A stretch of 63,616 nucleotides of DNA, counting the filler, from Octopus bimaculoides (lineage: Eukaryota): NCBI RefSeq assembly GCF_001194135.2. It is 5 parts of 5 records of this genome, joined end to end, with 100 filler letters (N's around TTAATTAATTAA, not from the genome) between each part and the next. Parts side by side here need not be neighbours in the genome. Positions count along the whole stretch, not along the records: positions 1 to 25,046 come from NC_068983.1; 4 more parts are not named here. One strand, 5' to 3'. Shown one piece after another: positions 1-11,802 of the stretch. Positions within the stretch are counted from its first letter, which is position 1, and every line of letters starts with the position of its first letter. Both the position numbers and the translations under genes were made by a program. The notes under the pieces were generated by a model. It was not told the origin of the DNA, did not search any database, and was given only the letters and a program-made list of their open reading frames with translations.

Positions 1-36
<36 letters not shown>

Positions 37-420
37 TGTGTATATATATATATATATACATAAATATATTCTTGAATATATGTGTGAATATGTGTTGGTG
101 TTTGTGTATGTGTTAGTGGAGGTATTTGCTACAACTCTACAACCTAATAACAAAGCAACGAGAACAATGATTTCTGGAGAACACCATTACATATGTATGT
201 AAATACATATGTATGTGTGTATGTATGTATGTTTGCATGTACATATGTATGTGTGCATATATGTACGAGTGAATGTATGTATGTAAATATGTATGTGAGA
301 ATGTCAGTATATATATGTATACATATATATACATACATACATACATACACACAAAAACATATTCACATGTACATATCTATCTACACACGTACACACACAA
401 AACACACACACATACACATA
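1..420. repeat. compound (TA)n/(TATG)n/(CA)n microsatellite region
   Basis: Direct reading of the sequence; the ORFs here are YI/HT/MYV repeat translations. Confidence 0.9.
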
Positions 421-530
421 CTGTCTCATAATGATGGCACAAAACTGAAACGCAACTAAATGAGGAAAGAACGCATTTATTAGGGAAATTGTATAACGAT
501 TGCCACAAATCCCATCATTACGAAGTCTCC

Positions 531-912
531 TATTCTTTTATTCTTTTACTTGTTTCAGTCATTTGACTGCGGCTGTGCTGGAGCACCGCCTTCAAGGGTT
601 TTAGTCGAACACATCGACCCCAAGGCATGTTTTTTAAGCCTGCTACTTATTCTATCGGCTCATCATACCGAACCGCTAAGTTACGGGGACGTAAACACAC
701 TAACGCCGGTTGTTAAGCGGTAAAGGGGGAACGCACCTAGACACAAAGGTACACGCACACACACACATATAAATGACAGGCTTCTTTCAGTTTTCGTCTA
801 CCAAATCCACTCACAAGGCTCAGGTCGCTTCGAGGCTGTAATAGAAGACATTTTCCCAATGTACCACGCAGTGATCCTGAACCTAGAACCATGTGGTTGG
901 GAAGCCTGCTCC
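531..912 (-). mobile_element. tRNA-derived octopod SINE, family A (OK-like), diverged
   Basis: Matches the full-length copies at 6331-6741, 52001-52405 and 62871-63306 (tail CTTTTACTTGTTTCAGTCATTTGACTGCGG, body CTACCAAATCCACTCACAAGGC). Confidence 0.8.
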
Positions 913-954
<42 letters not shown>

Positions 955-1774
955 CATATATATATACATACATACATACATACACACACACACATACATA
1001 TTTATATNNNNNNNNNNNNNNNNNNNNNNNNNNNNNNNNNNNNNNNNNNNNNNNNNNNNNNNNNNNNNNNNNNNNNNNNNNNNNNNNNNNNNNNNNNNNN
1101 NNNNNNNNNNNNNNNNNNNNNNNNNNNNNNNNNNNNNNNNNNNNNNNNNNNNNNNNNNNNNNNNNNNNNNNNNNNNNNNNNNNNNNNNNNNNNNNNNNNN
1201 NNNNNNNNNNNNNNNNNNNNNNNNNNNNNNNNNNNNNNNNNNNNNNNNNNNNNNNNNNNNNNNNNNNNNNNNNNNNNNNNNNNNNNNNNNNNNNNNNNNN
1301 NNNNNNNNNNNNNNNNNNNNNNNNNNNNNNNNNNNNNNNNNNNNNNNNNNNNNNNNNNNNNNNNNNNNNNNNNNNNNNNNNNNNNNNNNNNNNNNNNNNN
1401 NNNNNNNNNNNNNNNNNNNNNNNNNNNNNNNNNNNNNNNNNNNNNNNNNNNNNNNNNNNNNNNNNNNNNNNNNNNNNNNNNNNNNNNNNNNNNNNNNNNN
1501 NNNNNNNNNNNNNNNNNNNNNNNNNNNNNNNNNNNNNNNNNNNNNNNNNNNNNNNNNNNNNNNNNNNNNNNNNNNNNNNNNNNNNNNNNNNNNNNNNNNN
1601 NNNNNNNNNNNNNNNNNNNNNNNNNNNNNNNNNNNNNNNNNNNNNNNNNNNNNNNNNNNNNNNNNNNNNNNNNNNNNNNNNNNNNNNNNNNNNNNNNNNN
1701 NNNNNNNNNNNNNNNNNNNNNNNNNNTAGAGTAGAAAAGAAAAAATATATCCCTTAGACTCACCCTTGCTTCCC

Positions 1775-1960
1775 ACACTCTCGCCTCCCCCACACACCCA
1801 CACCATCGTACTACACCACACACCACCACACCACACACCAACACACCGCACCACCACACCAGACAACACCACACCACACAACACCATACCACACCACACC
1901 ACATCACACCATCCCGCACACACTAGCACTGACCACTTCCCATCATCCACACACCTACAC
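1775..1960. repeat. degenerate (CACCA)n low-complexity tract
   Basis: Direct reading. Confidence 0.8.
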
Positions 1961-2200
1961 ATGCACACAAGCACACGTCAATGTCACCAGCCCCTTACAC
2001 ACGCACGCGCACCTTCGTTCTGGGATCACCACTACTTTATTATTTCCCCTTCTTCCTAGCTCTCCTGTGTGACCCATCTGTCCGGCATTCGCCATGATAG
2101 ATCGCTAACCACTATACCTTTTTCTATTTTCTCTCCCTGTTTATTTGTGTTCCTTCCTGTCGAAGAGCGTAGGCTCGAAACGTGTTTTTTGTAAATTCTC
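1960..2200 (+). mobile_element. Penelope-like terminal repeat fragment with a hammerhead-like motif
   Basis: Pyrimidine-rich tract ending in CTGTCGA-A-GAGC-gtag-GCTC-GAAACGT (2157-2183). Penelope-like elements are known to carry such minimal hammerheads; the family assignment is inference. Confidence 0.4.
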
Positions 2201-2212
2201 ACTATATATATG

Positions 2213-2489
2213 CGACGGGCCTTTTTCAGTTTCTGTCTACCAAATCCACTTGCAAGGCTTTGGTTGGCCCGAGGCTATAGTTGAAGTGCCACGCAGGAGG
2301 ACTGTACCTGGAACTATGTGGTTGGTAAGCGAGTTACTTATCACACAGCCATCTCCTGTGCTTATATTATATACAACAGGCTTCTTTCAAGCTATAGAAG
2401 AAAACACTTGCCTAAGGTGCCACGCAGTGAGACTGAACCTGGAACCATGTAGTTGGGAAGCAAGCTTCTTACACACAGCCACGCCTGCA
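2213..2489 (-). mobile_element. two tandem partial family A SINE heads
   Basis: 2213-2362 and 2374-2489 both match the 5' half of the family A SINE. Confidence 0.75.
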
Positions 2490-2999
2490 TACATATACAC
2501 ACATACTCATAAATAAAATATGCACCAGGAAATATTTTACTATATTCTTACAAAATTAGAAAATAGTGTGGCAATTATTGAACACGCTCGCACAAATACA
2601 TATGTATGTGTGCATGTGCGTACATGCGTTTGCCTGTTTTCGCTGGCGCGTATACACACACACTGACTCGCACACACACACACGCACACACGCACACGCA
2701 TGCATACGCACACGCACGCGCGCAGACTCAGACATGTGTTCGGGCATGTACGTGTTTGTTGTGTGTGTTTATATGTTCATAGTTCCTTTTTCGCAGTCCC
2801 TGTTCCTCCTCTTCCGATTATCAATTCTTACTATTTTTCTTATTGTTTCTGATCTAGACAAAAAGTCTGTAATTTTGAGAGGATGGTTAGTCGATAGCAT
2901 CGACCCAATATTTTTCTGGTAATTTGTTTTATCTATCCCGTAGAGAGTAAGGACGGAACCGCCAAGTTTTGACGGATGAAGCGTTCTAATGCTCTAACC

Positions 3000-3282
3000 C
3001 AGGGGTTTTCAAACTGTGGACCGTGGACCACAGGGGGTCCGCAAGGACAATACGGGGGGTCCGTGGACAGCTAATACTTTTTATGGGCAATTTGATTTTA
3101 TATATGTTTTTTAATCGAAATCTTTTAATTGACAATAAGCCTATTTGTTAAATACTGTTAAATAAATAAATGTAAAAATATGTTATTTTAAGCAAATATT
3201 TATGTATATATTTCATAAGTGTTTATAAGGTAAAGCCTGAAATATAAAGGGGTCCGCAAGTCAAAAAGTTTGAAACCCCCTG
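3000..3282. mobile_element. hAT (Charlie-type) MITE, 283 bp
   Basis: TIRs CAGGGGTTTTCAAACT / AGTTTGAAACCCCCTG; perfect 8-bp TSD CTCTAACC at 2992-2999 and 3283-3290. Confidence 0.88.
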
Positions 3283-4257
3283 CTCTAACCAATGTTCCAG
3301 CTCGCCACTATTTTCAACGGTATCTAATTTAGTCACTCGGTCAGCAGTTTTTATAGGAGGTATTTAGCCGATTACAAGGATCCCGTTACTTGGCTGGTTT
3401 TACTGACACTGAATGAATGGAAAGTAAAGTTGTGCTCACGGGGATTTGAAAACAATTTGAATTACGGGAAATAATCTTTGCGGAATTTGTTCCAAGTATT
3501 TACATTCTGATTTCATATTCTCCTGGGGCTAACTTTGGCGCTCGTCCCTACGAAGTTGACCTCCGTTAAAAATTGCTGGCCTTGTGCCTCAATTAAAAAC
3601 AGTTATGGTTATTAGTATTCAAAAGTAATTTCAGGCTAATTTAATTGGCAGGGTTGTTCTTCCTGATTTTTTATGAAAACAAGTCTTCTCAAATGTTAAG
3701 GATCTTTCTTATGATTCTCGCAGAATATAGGATAGCGCTTTTCTTTTGGTCAAAAATGCGAGCACAAATTACCACAATTTTCACCTTTGTGTTCCTATTT
3801 TGACAGGATCACTCCTGCAGTAATATTTTATAACAATTTTGTCGCAATTTTGACACTACCATCTAATTCTTACATCAGTAGCCAATTGACGAATAAGCCC
3901 ATCTTTACTGTATTTTGGGACACTTGCTATGCATGAGACTATTATGTAAGAATTCAGTTTCATTCACGCAGTTGTGATAACAATCTTTATTTAACATTAT
4001 ATTCATAAAGATGACTGTAAAGTTGTGGCATCGCAACCTCAGTTCCTTTTATCGAGACACCATCTTTAGAGGGCTTCTAGCTAAAGATAAAGAGACACTT
4101 ATCTCTTTGTGATAGGTCGACTTTACCTTTGATCCTTAAGTTCCATTCAAGAACCGGGGTTAATGTAATCAATGTAATCGACTAGCCCCTCCGCTAAGAC
4201 TCCCGGCCTTATGCGTACGGTAGAAAAAAATTATTACTATTTTATTTATTTATTTAT

Positions 4258-5586
4258 TCAGTTTTACTTCTCAGAGCTCTCGATCTTGCTTGCTCTGGTT
4301 GATTCTGTGAGAGTGGACAGCAACCTGTTGTCAGAGGTCTCACATGGTTTCTTTCTGTAAATTGTCAGCTTCGGTACTTGAATGTTAAATCATCGTGGAA
4401 GACATTCAATCACCCAAGCACCAATCTCAAAATACTAACTGTCCCCAATAGAGAAGTTTTGGGACCTGTTCTGCCCTCATCTCAATTCCAGTTTCTCCGA
4501 CTTATTTCTCGAACCTGGTTGTTAGTACTCCGAGTACTTCTGCAAATACTGGGATAACAGTGAATCGCCGCATTGCCTACATTCTTGCAATTTCGTCTTT
4601 CAATAGTCTGTATTTCTCCATCTTTTCCGCTTCATCTACGCGTGGATCCCCAGGTATAGCAATATCTATGATTTGGTTGCCTTTTTTCATATATCTACTA
4701 CAACAATGTCTGATCTCCAAGCATCGAAGTCACTCTGGATTGTAAAATCCTACAAGATCTTATATTCATTGTCCTCAGTGACATCCTGTGGTTCATGTTT
4801 GCACCATTTCCGAGCTGTGCCCAGGCCGTACTTTTCACAGTCTCCACTGAACAAACTTTACCACGTTATCATGACTCCTTTTGCAGTGCTTTTTTGCCAG
4901 CTTATTACATTCACTCGCAATATGTGAGATTGTTTCTTTTTTGCTGTTATATACTACAAAAGAGCGATTCACTACTGTTATCTATTTGGAACTTGAGGTA
5001 ATTAGTCTTCAAAACTTGTTCCTGATCGCTGCATATCAATGCCTCAATGCATCTGTTCAGATCACCTTTTCATAGCCATCTCTAAGTGTTAGTCTTGTCT
5101 CTCTGTTGTAAAGCGGATTCCTCCCACTGGTGTGATGTATGATTGCCGTTGTATTGTAGTTGATGTTTACACTAGTAGCCATAATAGTTACTAGTCATCG
5201 GATACCGTTATATCTCATCATACCGGAATAGTAATACGCTAACTTCTTTCTTACTATCGCTGACAACCGCCTACTGTTCTTTTATAATAGCCTCTCCTAC
5301 CACTTTTTACCGGGAGAGGTATACGGTTTCACTATACAACACTTTCCCTTCGATTTCTCTGAGATATTTGCCATGCATTATTTTCATTTTCCGATTGTTT
5401 ATTCTTTATTCTTCATCTTGTTTCTTAAACGTTTTTGGGTACGTCATATTTTCGGGCGGTATCGTGTTATTATTTCTCACAGCGGCAAGCAAGGATTCAC
5501 TCAGCTGTTTGATGTACTCTCCCATACAGTTCTTCTCGTTGGCAAACAGACCTTACATCCTATGAGTGTTCTTCCCACCTTATTCC

Positions 5587-5588
<2 letters not shown>
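4258..5588 (-). mobile_element. R4/Dong-clade non-LTR retrotransposon, 3' fragment, decayed
   Basis: Minus strand gives remnants MHGKYLREIEGK, DIAIPGDPRVDE and EKYRLLKDEIARM (RLE region). (TAA)n at the 5' junction; the 3' UTR matches 22800-22922. Confidence 0.8.
5104..5341. mobile_element. probable solo LTR (TG...CA), 238 bp, nested in the Dong fragment
   Basis: Starts TGTTGTAAAGCG and ends CACTATACAACA (inverted ends); flanks CTCTC / CTTTC (5-bp TSD with one mismatch); it interrupts the LINE reading frame. Confidence 0.6.
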
Positions 5589-5630
<42 letters not shown>

Positions 5631-5635
5631 GATTA

Positions 5636-5910
5636 GTGGTTAGGGTGCTGCACTCACGATCTAGCGATCGTGATTTCAATTCCCAGATCGGGTAGTGCGT
5701 TATGTTATTGAACAAAACACTTCATCTCACGTTGTTCTGCGATCACTTCGACACCTGAAGCGTGGTACACAGTGCGTCTGTTCATGTAATGTCGATTTGA
5801 TGGAGAGAGGAAGCTAATGTATGGCGCATATATTTGATCACTATAAACTAAAAATATCGCAGGTCGTACGGCAAAACACTCACACGTCGTCTTCGACGGA
5901 AAAGTTCGTT
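5636..5910 (+). mobile_element. tRNA-derived SINE, diverged (separate family)
   Basis: tRNA-like head (GTGGTTAGGGTG...GATTTCAATTCCC), then TTGAACAAAACACTTCATCTCACGTTG as in the 50031 SINE; (ATC/ATT)n tail. Confidence 0.55.
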
Positions 5911-5934
5911 ATCATCATTATTATTATTATTATT

Positions 5935-6330
5935 ATGTTGCTCTTTTTTTCTTCTTTCTTCAAATTTTCTTCCATTTCTCGCTGAGTGTTTTCCGTACAC
6001 CTAGGGCAGAGAAACTCGTTGTATGCATTCCCAGTTTACACACGCAAATTCACAGGTAAAACATGTATTTAAGAAAAAAAAATCATCAATGGATGTTGTT
6101 TTCACAGCGATAATGCTCTTCTCAGTACATGAGTCGTTCCAGTTAGCACGATTTTTTGCACTTCCTGTAGGGATGGTAAGCCTTGTATCATTTTCAAATA
6201 GGTTTCAGTACCTTTTTTTTTTCTCATTCCTAGAGATCCTACAATTACTGGTATGGTAGTCGCCTTGAGGTGCCACATTTTTTCAATTTCTATTAGCAAG
6301 TCTTTATATTTACTGATCTTATCAATATTA
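5935..6330 (-). mobile_element. R4/Dong-clade LINE 3' end
   Basis: ORF 6102-6389 includes KISKYKDLLIEIEKMWHLKATTIPVIVGSLG...LQEVQKIVLTGTTHVLRRALSL*, a typical RLE C-terminus; (TAA)n tail. Confidence 0.85.
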
Positions 6331-6741
6331 TACTCTTTTACTCTTTTACTTGTTTCAGTCATTTGACTGCGGCCATGCTGGAGCACCACCTTTAGTCGAG
6401 CAAATCGACCCCAGGACTTATTCTTTGGATGCCTAGTACTTACTCTATCGGTCTCTTTTGCCGAACCGCTAGGTTACGGGGACGTAAACACACCAGCATC
6501 GGTTGTCAAACGATGTTGGGGGACAAACACAGACACACAAACATACACACACACACATATATATATACATATATATACGACGGGCTTCTTTCAGTTTCCG
6601 TCTACCAAATCCACTCACAAGGCTTTGGTCGGCCCGAGGCTATAGTAGAAGACACTTGCCCAAGGTGCCACGCAGTGGGACTGAACCCGGAACCATGTGG
6701 TTGGTAAGCAAGCTACTTACCACACAGCCACTCCTACGCCT
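6331..6741 (-). mobile_element. family A SINE, full length
   Basis: Minus strand: head AGGCGTAGGAGTGGCTGTGTGG (A-box-like), GGTTCAGTCCC (B-box-like), internal (TA)/(TG)n, tail GTAAAAGAGTAAAAGAG. Confidence 0.92.
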
Positions 6742-6762
6742 ATAATAATAATAATAATAATA

Positions 6763-6848
<86 letters not shown>
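6742..6848. repeat. (TAA)n/(TTA)n microsatellite with an inverted junction
   Basis: Direct reading. Confidence 0.95.
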
Positions 6849-6849
<1 letters not shown>

Positions 6850-7625
6850 TGATGTTTCACGAACTCAGTGTTGCGCTTGATTTAATTATTATGCTTCCCA
6901 TTGAATTGCATCTTGCGGTATAAGATGAGGAACATTTTGTATTCTCTGTATAGAATTATTTCTGCTCTTCATATATTTTCGTGTTTTATATTATGGCTTT
7001 TTCGGATAATTTTTACTAAACCTAGCAGACAAGTCTTCTGCACTGCACCTATTTTCAGTTTAAGATAATATTTTTCAATACTTTTCCCCAGATGATTTGT
7101 TACTGCTCCCAAGGCTTCTATAAGCAGCATTATAATTTTGTCGACTTCTCTGTTCCAGCACATGAGGATTTCACACTTCAAGTCGGTTTATTACCTTTTT
7201 TCTTATTCCCGTCTTTTGACTCTGGTGTCAAATGGGTATGCCGCTTCGATTACAATACCTAGTTTCATTTTGTTGAGGATCAAAATATCCAATGTGTAGT
7301 GTCCAATTCTTTCGGTTTATAAGGAGAGTCTCACAACAACCTCACTTCATCGTTCTCGCGGATTGCATTTCTTTTCCTGCAAAATGTTTATAGCTTTCTC
7401 CCGTGGATGCAAAGCTCAATTTCCTACAAAAATGACAGTGCTTTGTTGCAGTAAACTTATGTCAGCACTTTTGTTTTGACTCAGAGCTACCTGCGGACAT
7501 TCTGATGGAACGTTAGCTATAATTTCATTTAAACATCATACATTCTATGTTTGTGTGAACATATCTAACATTCTCTCGATCCAATTTACTTTTTGAGCCT
7601 GTTCCAATGCTATTTACCCTTAAAT
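6849..7625 (-). mobile_element. R4/Dong-clade LINE 3' fragment, decayed
   Basis: EAAYPFDTR and LKCEILMCWNREVDKIIMLLIEALGAVT...VQKTCLLGLVKIIRK remnants; ends in (TAA)n. Confidence 0.7.
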
Positions 7626-7809
7626 AGTTCTTCTGCTACTTATCTCTTGGGTTTGTTCCTGTACTATTTCCTTAGGGCCTGTTCCTCTATTATTTACGGT
7701 TTGGGACTGTGACTGTGCTATTCATCGTTTATCGTAAGCGCCAGTTCTCGTGCCAATTTACTCTTAGGGCCTCACCTCGGTAAAAATTCTTTGCAGTATT
7801 TGTACCACT

Positions 7810-8185
7810 TCTTTACATTCTGAGTTTAAAACCCACCGATGTCAACTTCCATCCCACCGTGGTCGATAAAATAAAGTATGAGTCAAGTATTGGGGTCGAT
7901 ATAATTTGCTAAACCTTTCCCCTCAAGATTACTGACTTGATCCTAAATTAGAAACCGATGTAAAATGTCGGTGAGCTGGACAAATCGTTAGAGGGTTAGA
8001 AAAAGTGCTTTCCAGTATTTCTTTTGGCTCTTTAAATTATGAATTTACCACCGAAGTCAGCAGGTAAACTCTTTGCTTTTCATTTTTCCTGGTCAATAAA
8101 ATGAAGTACCTGGGGTCGATGGTATCGATTATTTCCCTGTCCTGAAATTACAGGTCGATTATTTCCTTGTCCTGAAATTACAGGA
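7810..8185 (+). mobile_element. two degraded family B SINE copies
   Basis: GGTCGATAAAAT...AGTA and CTGGGGTCGATG motifs shared with 11251-11463 and 45044-45278. Confidence 0.6.
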
Positions 8186-8189
8186 TAGA

Positions 8190-9215
8190 CTGGAAAGTTT
8201 TCGTTTTCGCTTTCTGTAGAAAGAATGCATTCCATCTGTTAGATGCCCCGTTTGCTGTCAATACCTGCTGAGAAAACCGGGCATGCTTTGGTTAATAATG
8301 CGTAGACAAGCGCCGAGGCAGCAACATCTCCAGCTTTTCCTTGACTGTGAACAGATGAGGACATCATTTGTCGAACACGTTTTTTCCTAGCTTTCATCTC
8401 GTGCCTTTGACAGAGCTGTAGTCCTGGGTCTAGCGTAGACCGAGATGGGGATCCTGGCACATAAAGTGTCATCCGGTACTCACAGCCCTCAACCAAATGG
8501 GTTTTCTATAGAAAATTAGATCGGAGCAAATGCGATGAAAGTTTTAGAGAAACACTGAGCGTCAATAAAAATCAACAAGTTGAACTTTAGGACTGGGGCC
8601 CCTGGATAATTTTTAGAAATTGCTGACCAGTGAATGTTACCGGGGAAATTGCTGGTTCGAGATAAAGTATAGTCGTGCCGATAGCAAGGCCTATCCGAGA
8701 AACACAAAGAGCGACGAAACCTTTTTGCACTCAATCCTCCAGCACCCGAGGATTGCCGACTTATGGGTTTACGTTGAGCAGATGCTGTCATGTGTAGGAC
8801 GAATCTGTCTACCTACTGAGTCCCCTGTGAAGATCCCCTGCCGCCTATCTTTGGTCGGGCAGGACAAGATACTGTCTTGTGACCTTGGCGGAAGAGGACG
8901 TATGGTATGAGAGACTGAAAGGCGTTAAGATACACTTTATCTTTGCTCTAAATTTCATCAGCTGTTTAAGATTTCACTTGAAATGAAAAGTGAAGACGAA
9001 GTTGCGAATGTCGCCTGCCAGGAAATTCATTGAGAAGTGGATGAGAGATGTTAGCATGGTTCCAATGAATGGATCAGCTCTAAGTGTGCGTTTTCAGATG
9101 AGAGGAAATTTGAATGAGGAGGGCGCTTTCCAAAATGGTCAACATAACACTGTGTTTTTCTGAGTTTTCCCCGCATAGTCATTGGGGATCTGCGTCCTGC
9201 TGAGGAATTATAATT
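8190..9215 (+). mobile_element. L1/Tx1-like LINE ORF2 3' fragment (zf-RVT region and 3' UTR)
   Basis: Remnants GMLWLIMRRQ..QHLQLFL and CYRG...SDETFLHSILQHPRIADLWVYVEQMLS resemble the Tx1 C-terminal cysteine region; frameshifted. Confidence 0.55.
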
Positions 9216-9233
9216 GTGATTTTGCGTTTTGTA

Positions 9234-9893
9234 GTTTTAACGTTCTAGCTCACTTCTGCTGTTTACAGCTGTGTTCCGAAGGAAGGTGTGTAGCGTGTGA
9301 TCGTCGCATTGACCATGACAGAGAAAGTTGAGCATAAATACGCATCAAATTTTGCCATGCGCTTAGCAATACCTGATCAGAGGTCCACGCAAAGTTCTTT
9401 TTAAATTTTCGTTGTTCTCGACACAATCAAAGAGATTTTGTGCAACTGAAACCCGAGTGTCCTGTTGGTCAGTTGAAAGCAGTTTGGGCACAAACTTGGC
9501 AGACTCGCATCTCATACCCAAATCTTCAGTGATAATGGACTGAACTGAATCGTAACTAATCTGCACATGCTCTGATTACTCATGGGTGTTGATTCGACGA
9601 TTTCCCTTCACAGCTGCACGCATATCTGCAAAGTTTTTCTCAGTTCTGCTGACTGTGGGTCTCCCAGAACGTTCATCATTATAAACATTTTTTCGGCTAT
9701 CTTGGAAATGTCTGAACCACTTGTGTGCGGCTCATATACTCCTGAGCATAAACTTTCTGCAACTTTGCGTAGACTTCTGAGCAGGTGTCGCCATGACAAC
9801 TTTCTCTGTCATGGTCAATGCGACGATCACAGGCTACACACCTTCTTTTCAAGCACTACTGTAAACAGCGGGAGTGAACTAGAACGTTAAAAC
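9234..9893. mobile_element. mariner-derived foldback element (two inverted 5' halves)
   Basis: Minus strand encodes MTEKV...ERSGRPTVSRT...QISYDSVQSIITEDLGMRCESAKFVPKLLS (mariner N-terminus); 9234-9396 is an inverted copy of the same 5' end. Confidence 0.8.
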
Positions 9894-11040
9894 TTAGTAT
9901 GCTCATTGTTAGATTTTCTTTCAAGCTTTTACTTCATTTGGAACTGCTTTGTCTATGTATAATAGATCATGCGTTTCTCTAGCCTTCTTCCTGCAACCTT
10001 TCTGTTCTTCTGGCAGTTAATTCTGGTTGTCAAGGTGTTCATAAATGCTTTCTAAAAGCATTCCTATTAACAGCTTCCATACTAATGGTAAGCAATTGAT
10101 TGGTCTATAGTTGCTAGCTGATTTACCCCTGCTCTTATCTTTCATGAGTATTGTCCTCCCTCTAGCCATTCAATCTGGTATTATTCCTTCGTTAAGGCAA
10201 TCCTGATGTTGTTCCCTCAGCATCCCATGTAAACTACTGAATTTCTTTATCCAGTGCTCTTGAACTAAATCTAGTCCTGGGCCCTTCCAATCTGACATTT
10301 TCCCTAAAACTTTACTCATTAAAGCACTAATTAGTCTTACATCTGGCTTCTCACTCACTACTTCTTCCCTCACTTTCTTTAACCATATTGCATCTCCATT
10401 ATGATTGACTGGCTTATCCCAAATATTACTCCAGAACGTTTTAGCTTCTTCTGCATTAGGTTTCTTATCATCAGGACTTCGTTCTCCACTATTTATTTGG
10501 TTATAAAATCTCTTCTAGTCTGTCTCAAATAATTTATTCTGTCGATACTAATCTATTCTTTTCTAAATATCTTTTCTCAAGGGAAGATTTGAATCTTGTG
10601 TTTCCTAACTTATTCAGTTTCCAGGCTTCTATTCTTCTCAGACCTTGTCTTAAAGTCTTCACTTAATTTTGTAGTCTCCTTTTCCACATTTGTTCTTTTT
10701 AAATCTTTCCCTGTGAGATATCTAATCTTCTAGTGACTACTACCCCCCCCCCCCCTGCATAGACAAATAAGTTAGTGCCTCCTATACTTTTAGTAGCTAT
10801 CCTACATTCCTAGTCATTTCTAGCAGCTTCCTTCTGTTGGTACCTTTTAATGCTGGCAATCTTTTTTTTACTTCTTTACTCATTACTTCCTAAAATCTTC
10901 TGATCTTCCTCACTTGAATCACTTAAGATGCTGATGCCAATTGTCCCTTCCTTATTGGTAGCGCTTTTATTTTGGGCTTCAAGTTCTTCTCTGGTTTCTG
11001 TATTTCTTATGTTGCTGTTTGTCTTTCCTTTGTATTGTTA
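9894..11040 (-). mobile_element. R4/Dong-clade LINE, N-terminal RT fragment
   Basis: FWSNIWDKPVNHNGDAIWL...MSDWKGPGLDLVQEHWIKKF...NYRPINCLPLVWKLL...LPEEQKGCRK, with stops; (TAA)n at the 5' junction. Confidence 0.85.
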
Positions 11041-11090
11041 TAATAATAATAATTATTATTATTATCATTATTATTATTATTATTATCATT

Positions 11091-11123
<33 letters not shown>

Positions 11124-11124
11124 G

Positions 11125-11179
<55 letters not shown>

Positions 11180-11245
11180 TATTATTGTTGCTGTTGTTGT
11201 TGTTGTTGTTATCATTATCGTTGTTGTTGTAGTAGTTGTTGATGT
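11041..11245. repeat. compound (TAA)/(TAT)/(CAT)/(TGT)n trinucleotide tract
   Basis: Direct reading; source of the poly-H/I/M/D ORFs. Confidence 0.95.
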
Positions 11246-11250
11246 CATTA

Positions 11251-11463
11251 AGGTGGCTAGCTAACAGAATCGGTTCCATGCCAGGTGAAATGCTTAGTAG
11301 CATTTCGTCCGGCTTTACGTTTTGGGTTCAAATTCCATGGAGGTCGACTTTGCCTTTCATCTTTTCGGAGTCGATGAAATAAGTATCAGCTGAGTACTGA
11401 GGTCGATGTAATCGACTAATCCCCTCCTCCGAAGCTGCTGCCCTAGTGCCAAAATTTGAAACC
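11251..11463 (+). mobile_element. tRNA-derived SINE, family B
   Basis: Head with GGGTTCAAATTCC B-box; central GTCGACTTTGCCTTTCATCTTTTCGGAGTCGATGAAATAAGTA (resembles a conserved Meta-type SINE domain, from memory); (CAT)n tail. Confidence 0.85.
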
Positions 11464-11464
11464 G

Positions 11465-11516
<52 letters not shown>

Positions 11517-11530
11517 TATTATTATTATTA

Positions 11531-11795
11531 TTGAGTGAAAGAGTAACACATGCCATCAAAGTGACATTGGAGTACAGATATACGAAATCCAATGTAAACA
11601 TCATGACTACCCAACTGATAAAGGTACACGAGACACATGCATCACAACCATATGTGTGCGACATGGTGACCTTATATCAAGATAAACAGAGCATGGCCTT
11701 GTAAGTGGAGACCAGTTAAAATTTTCTTCAGGTCTGGTAGCCCATTACACTCAAAAGGTCTCTGAATAAGGGTTGCTTAAGAATGTTGAACGATG
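11531..11795 (-). mobile_element. (TAA)n-tailed non-coding retroposon fragment, family C
   Basis: Homologous to 22241-22500 (TGCCATCAAA.TGACA.TGG...GCATCACAACCATATG); both end in (TAA)n on the minus strand. Confidence 0.7.
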
Positions 11796-11802
11796 TTATT
11801 AT

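Noticed and set aside
121-200. VFATTLQP reading, superficially like the aminopeptidase exon 2 motif
   Set aside because: It lies upstream of exon 1, lacks the FPCFDEP motif and runs into a microsatellite.
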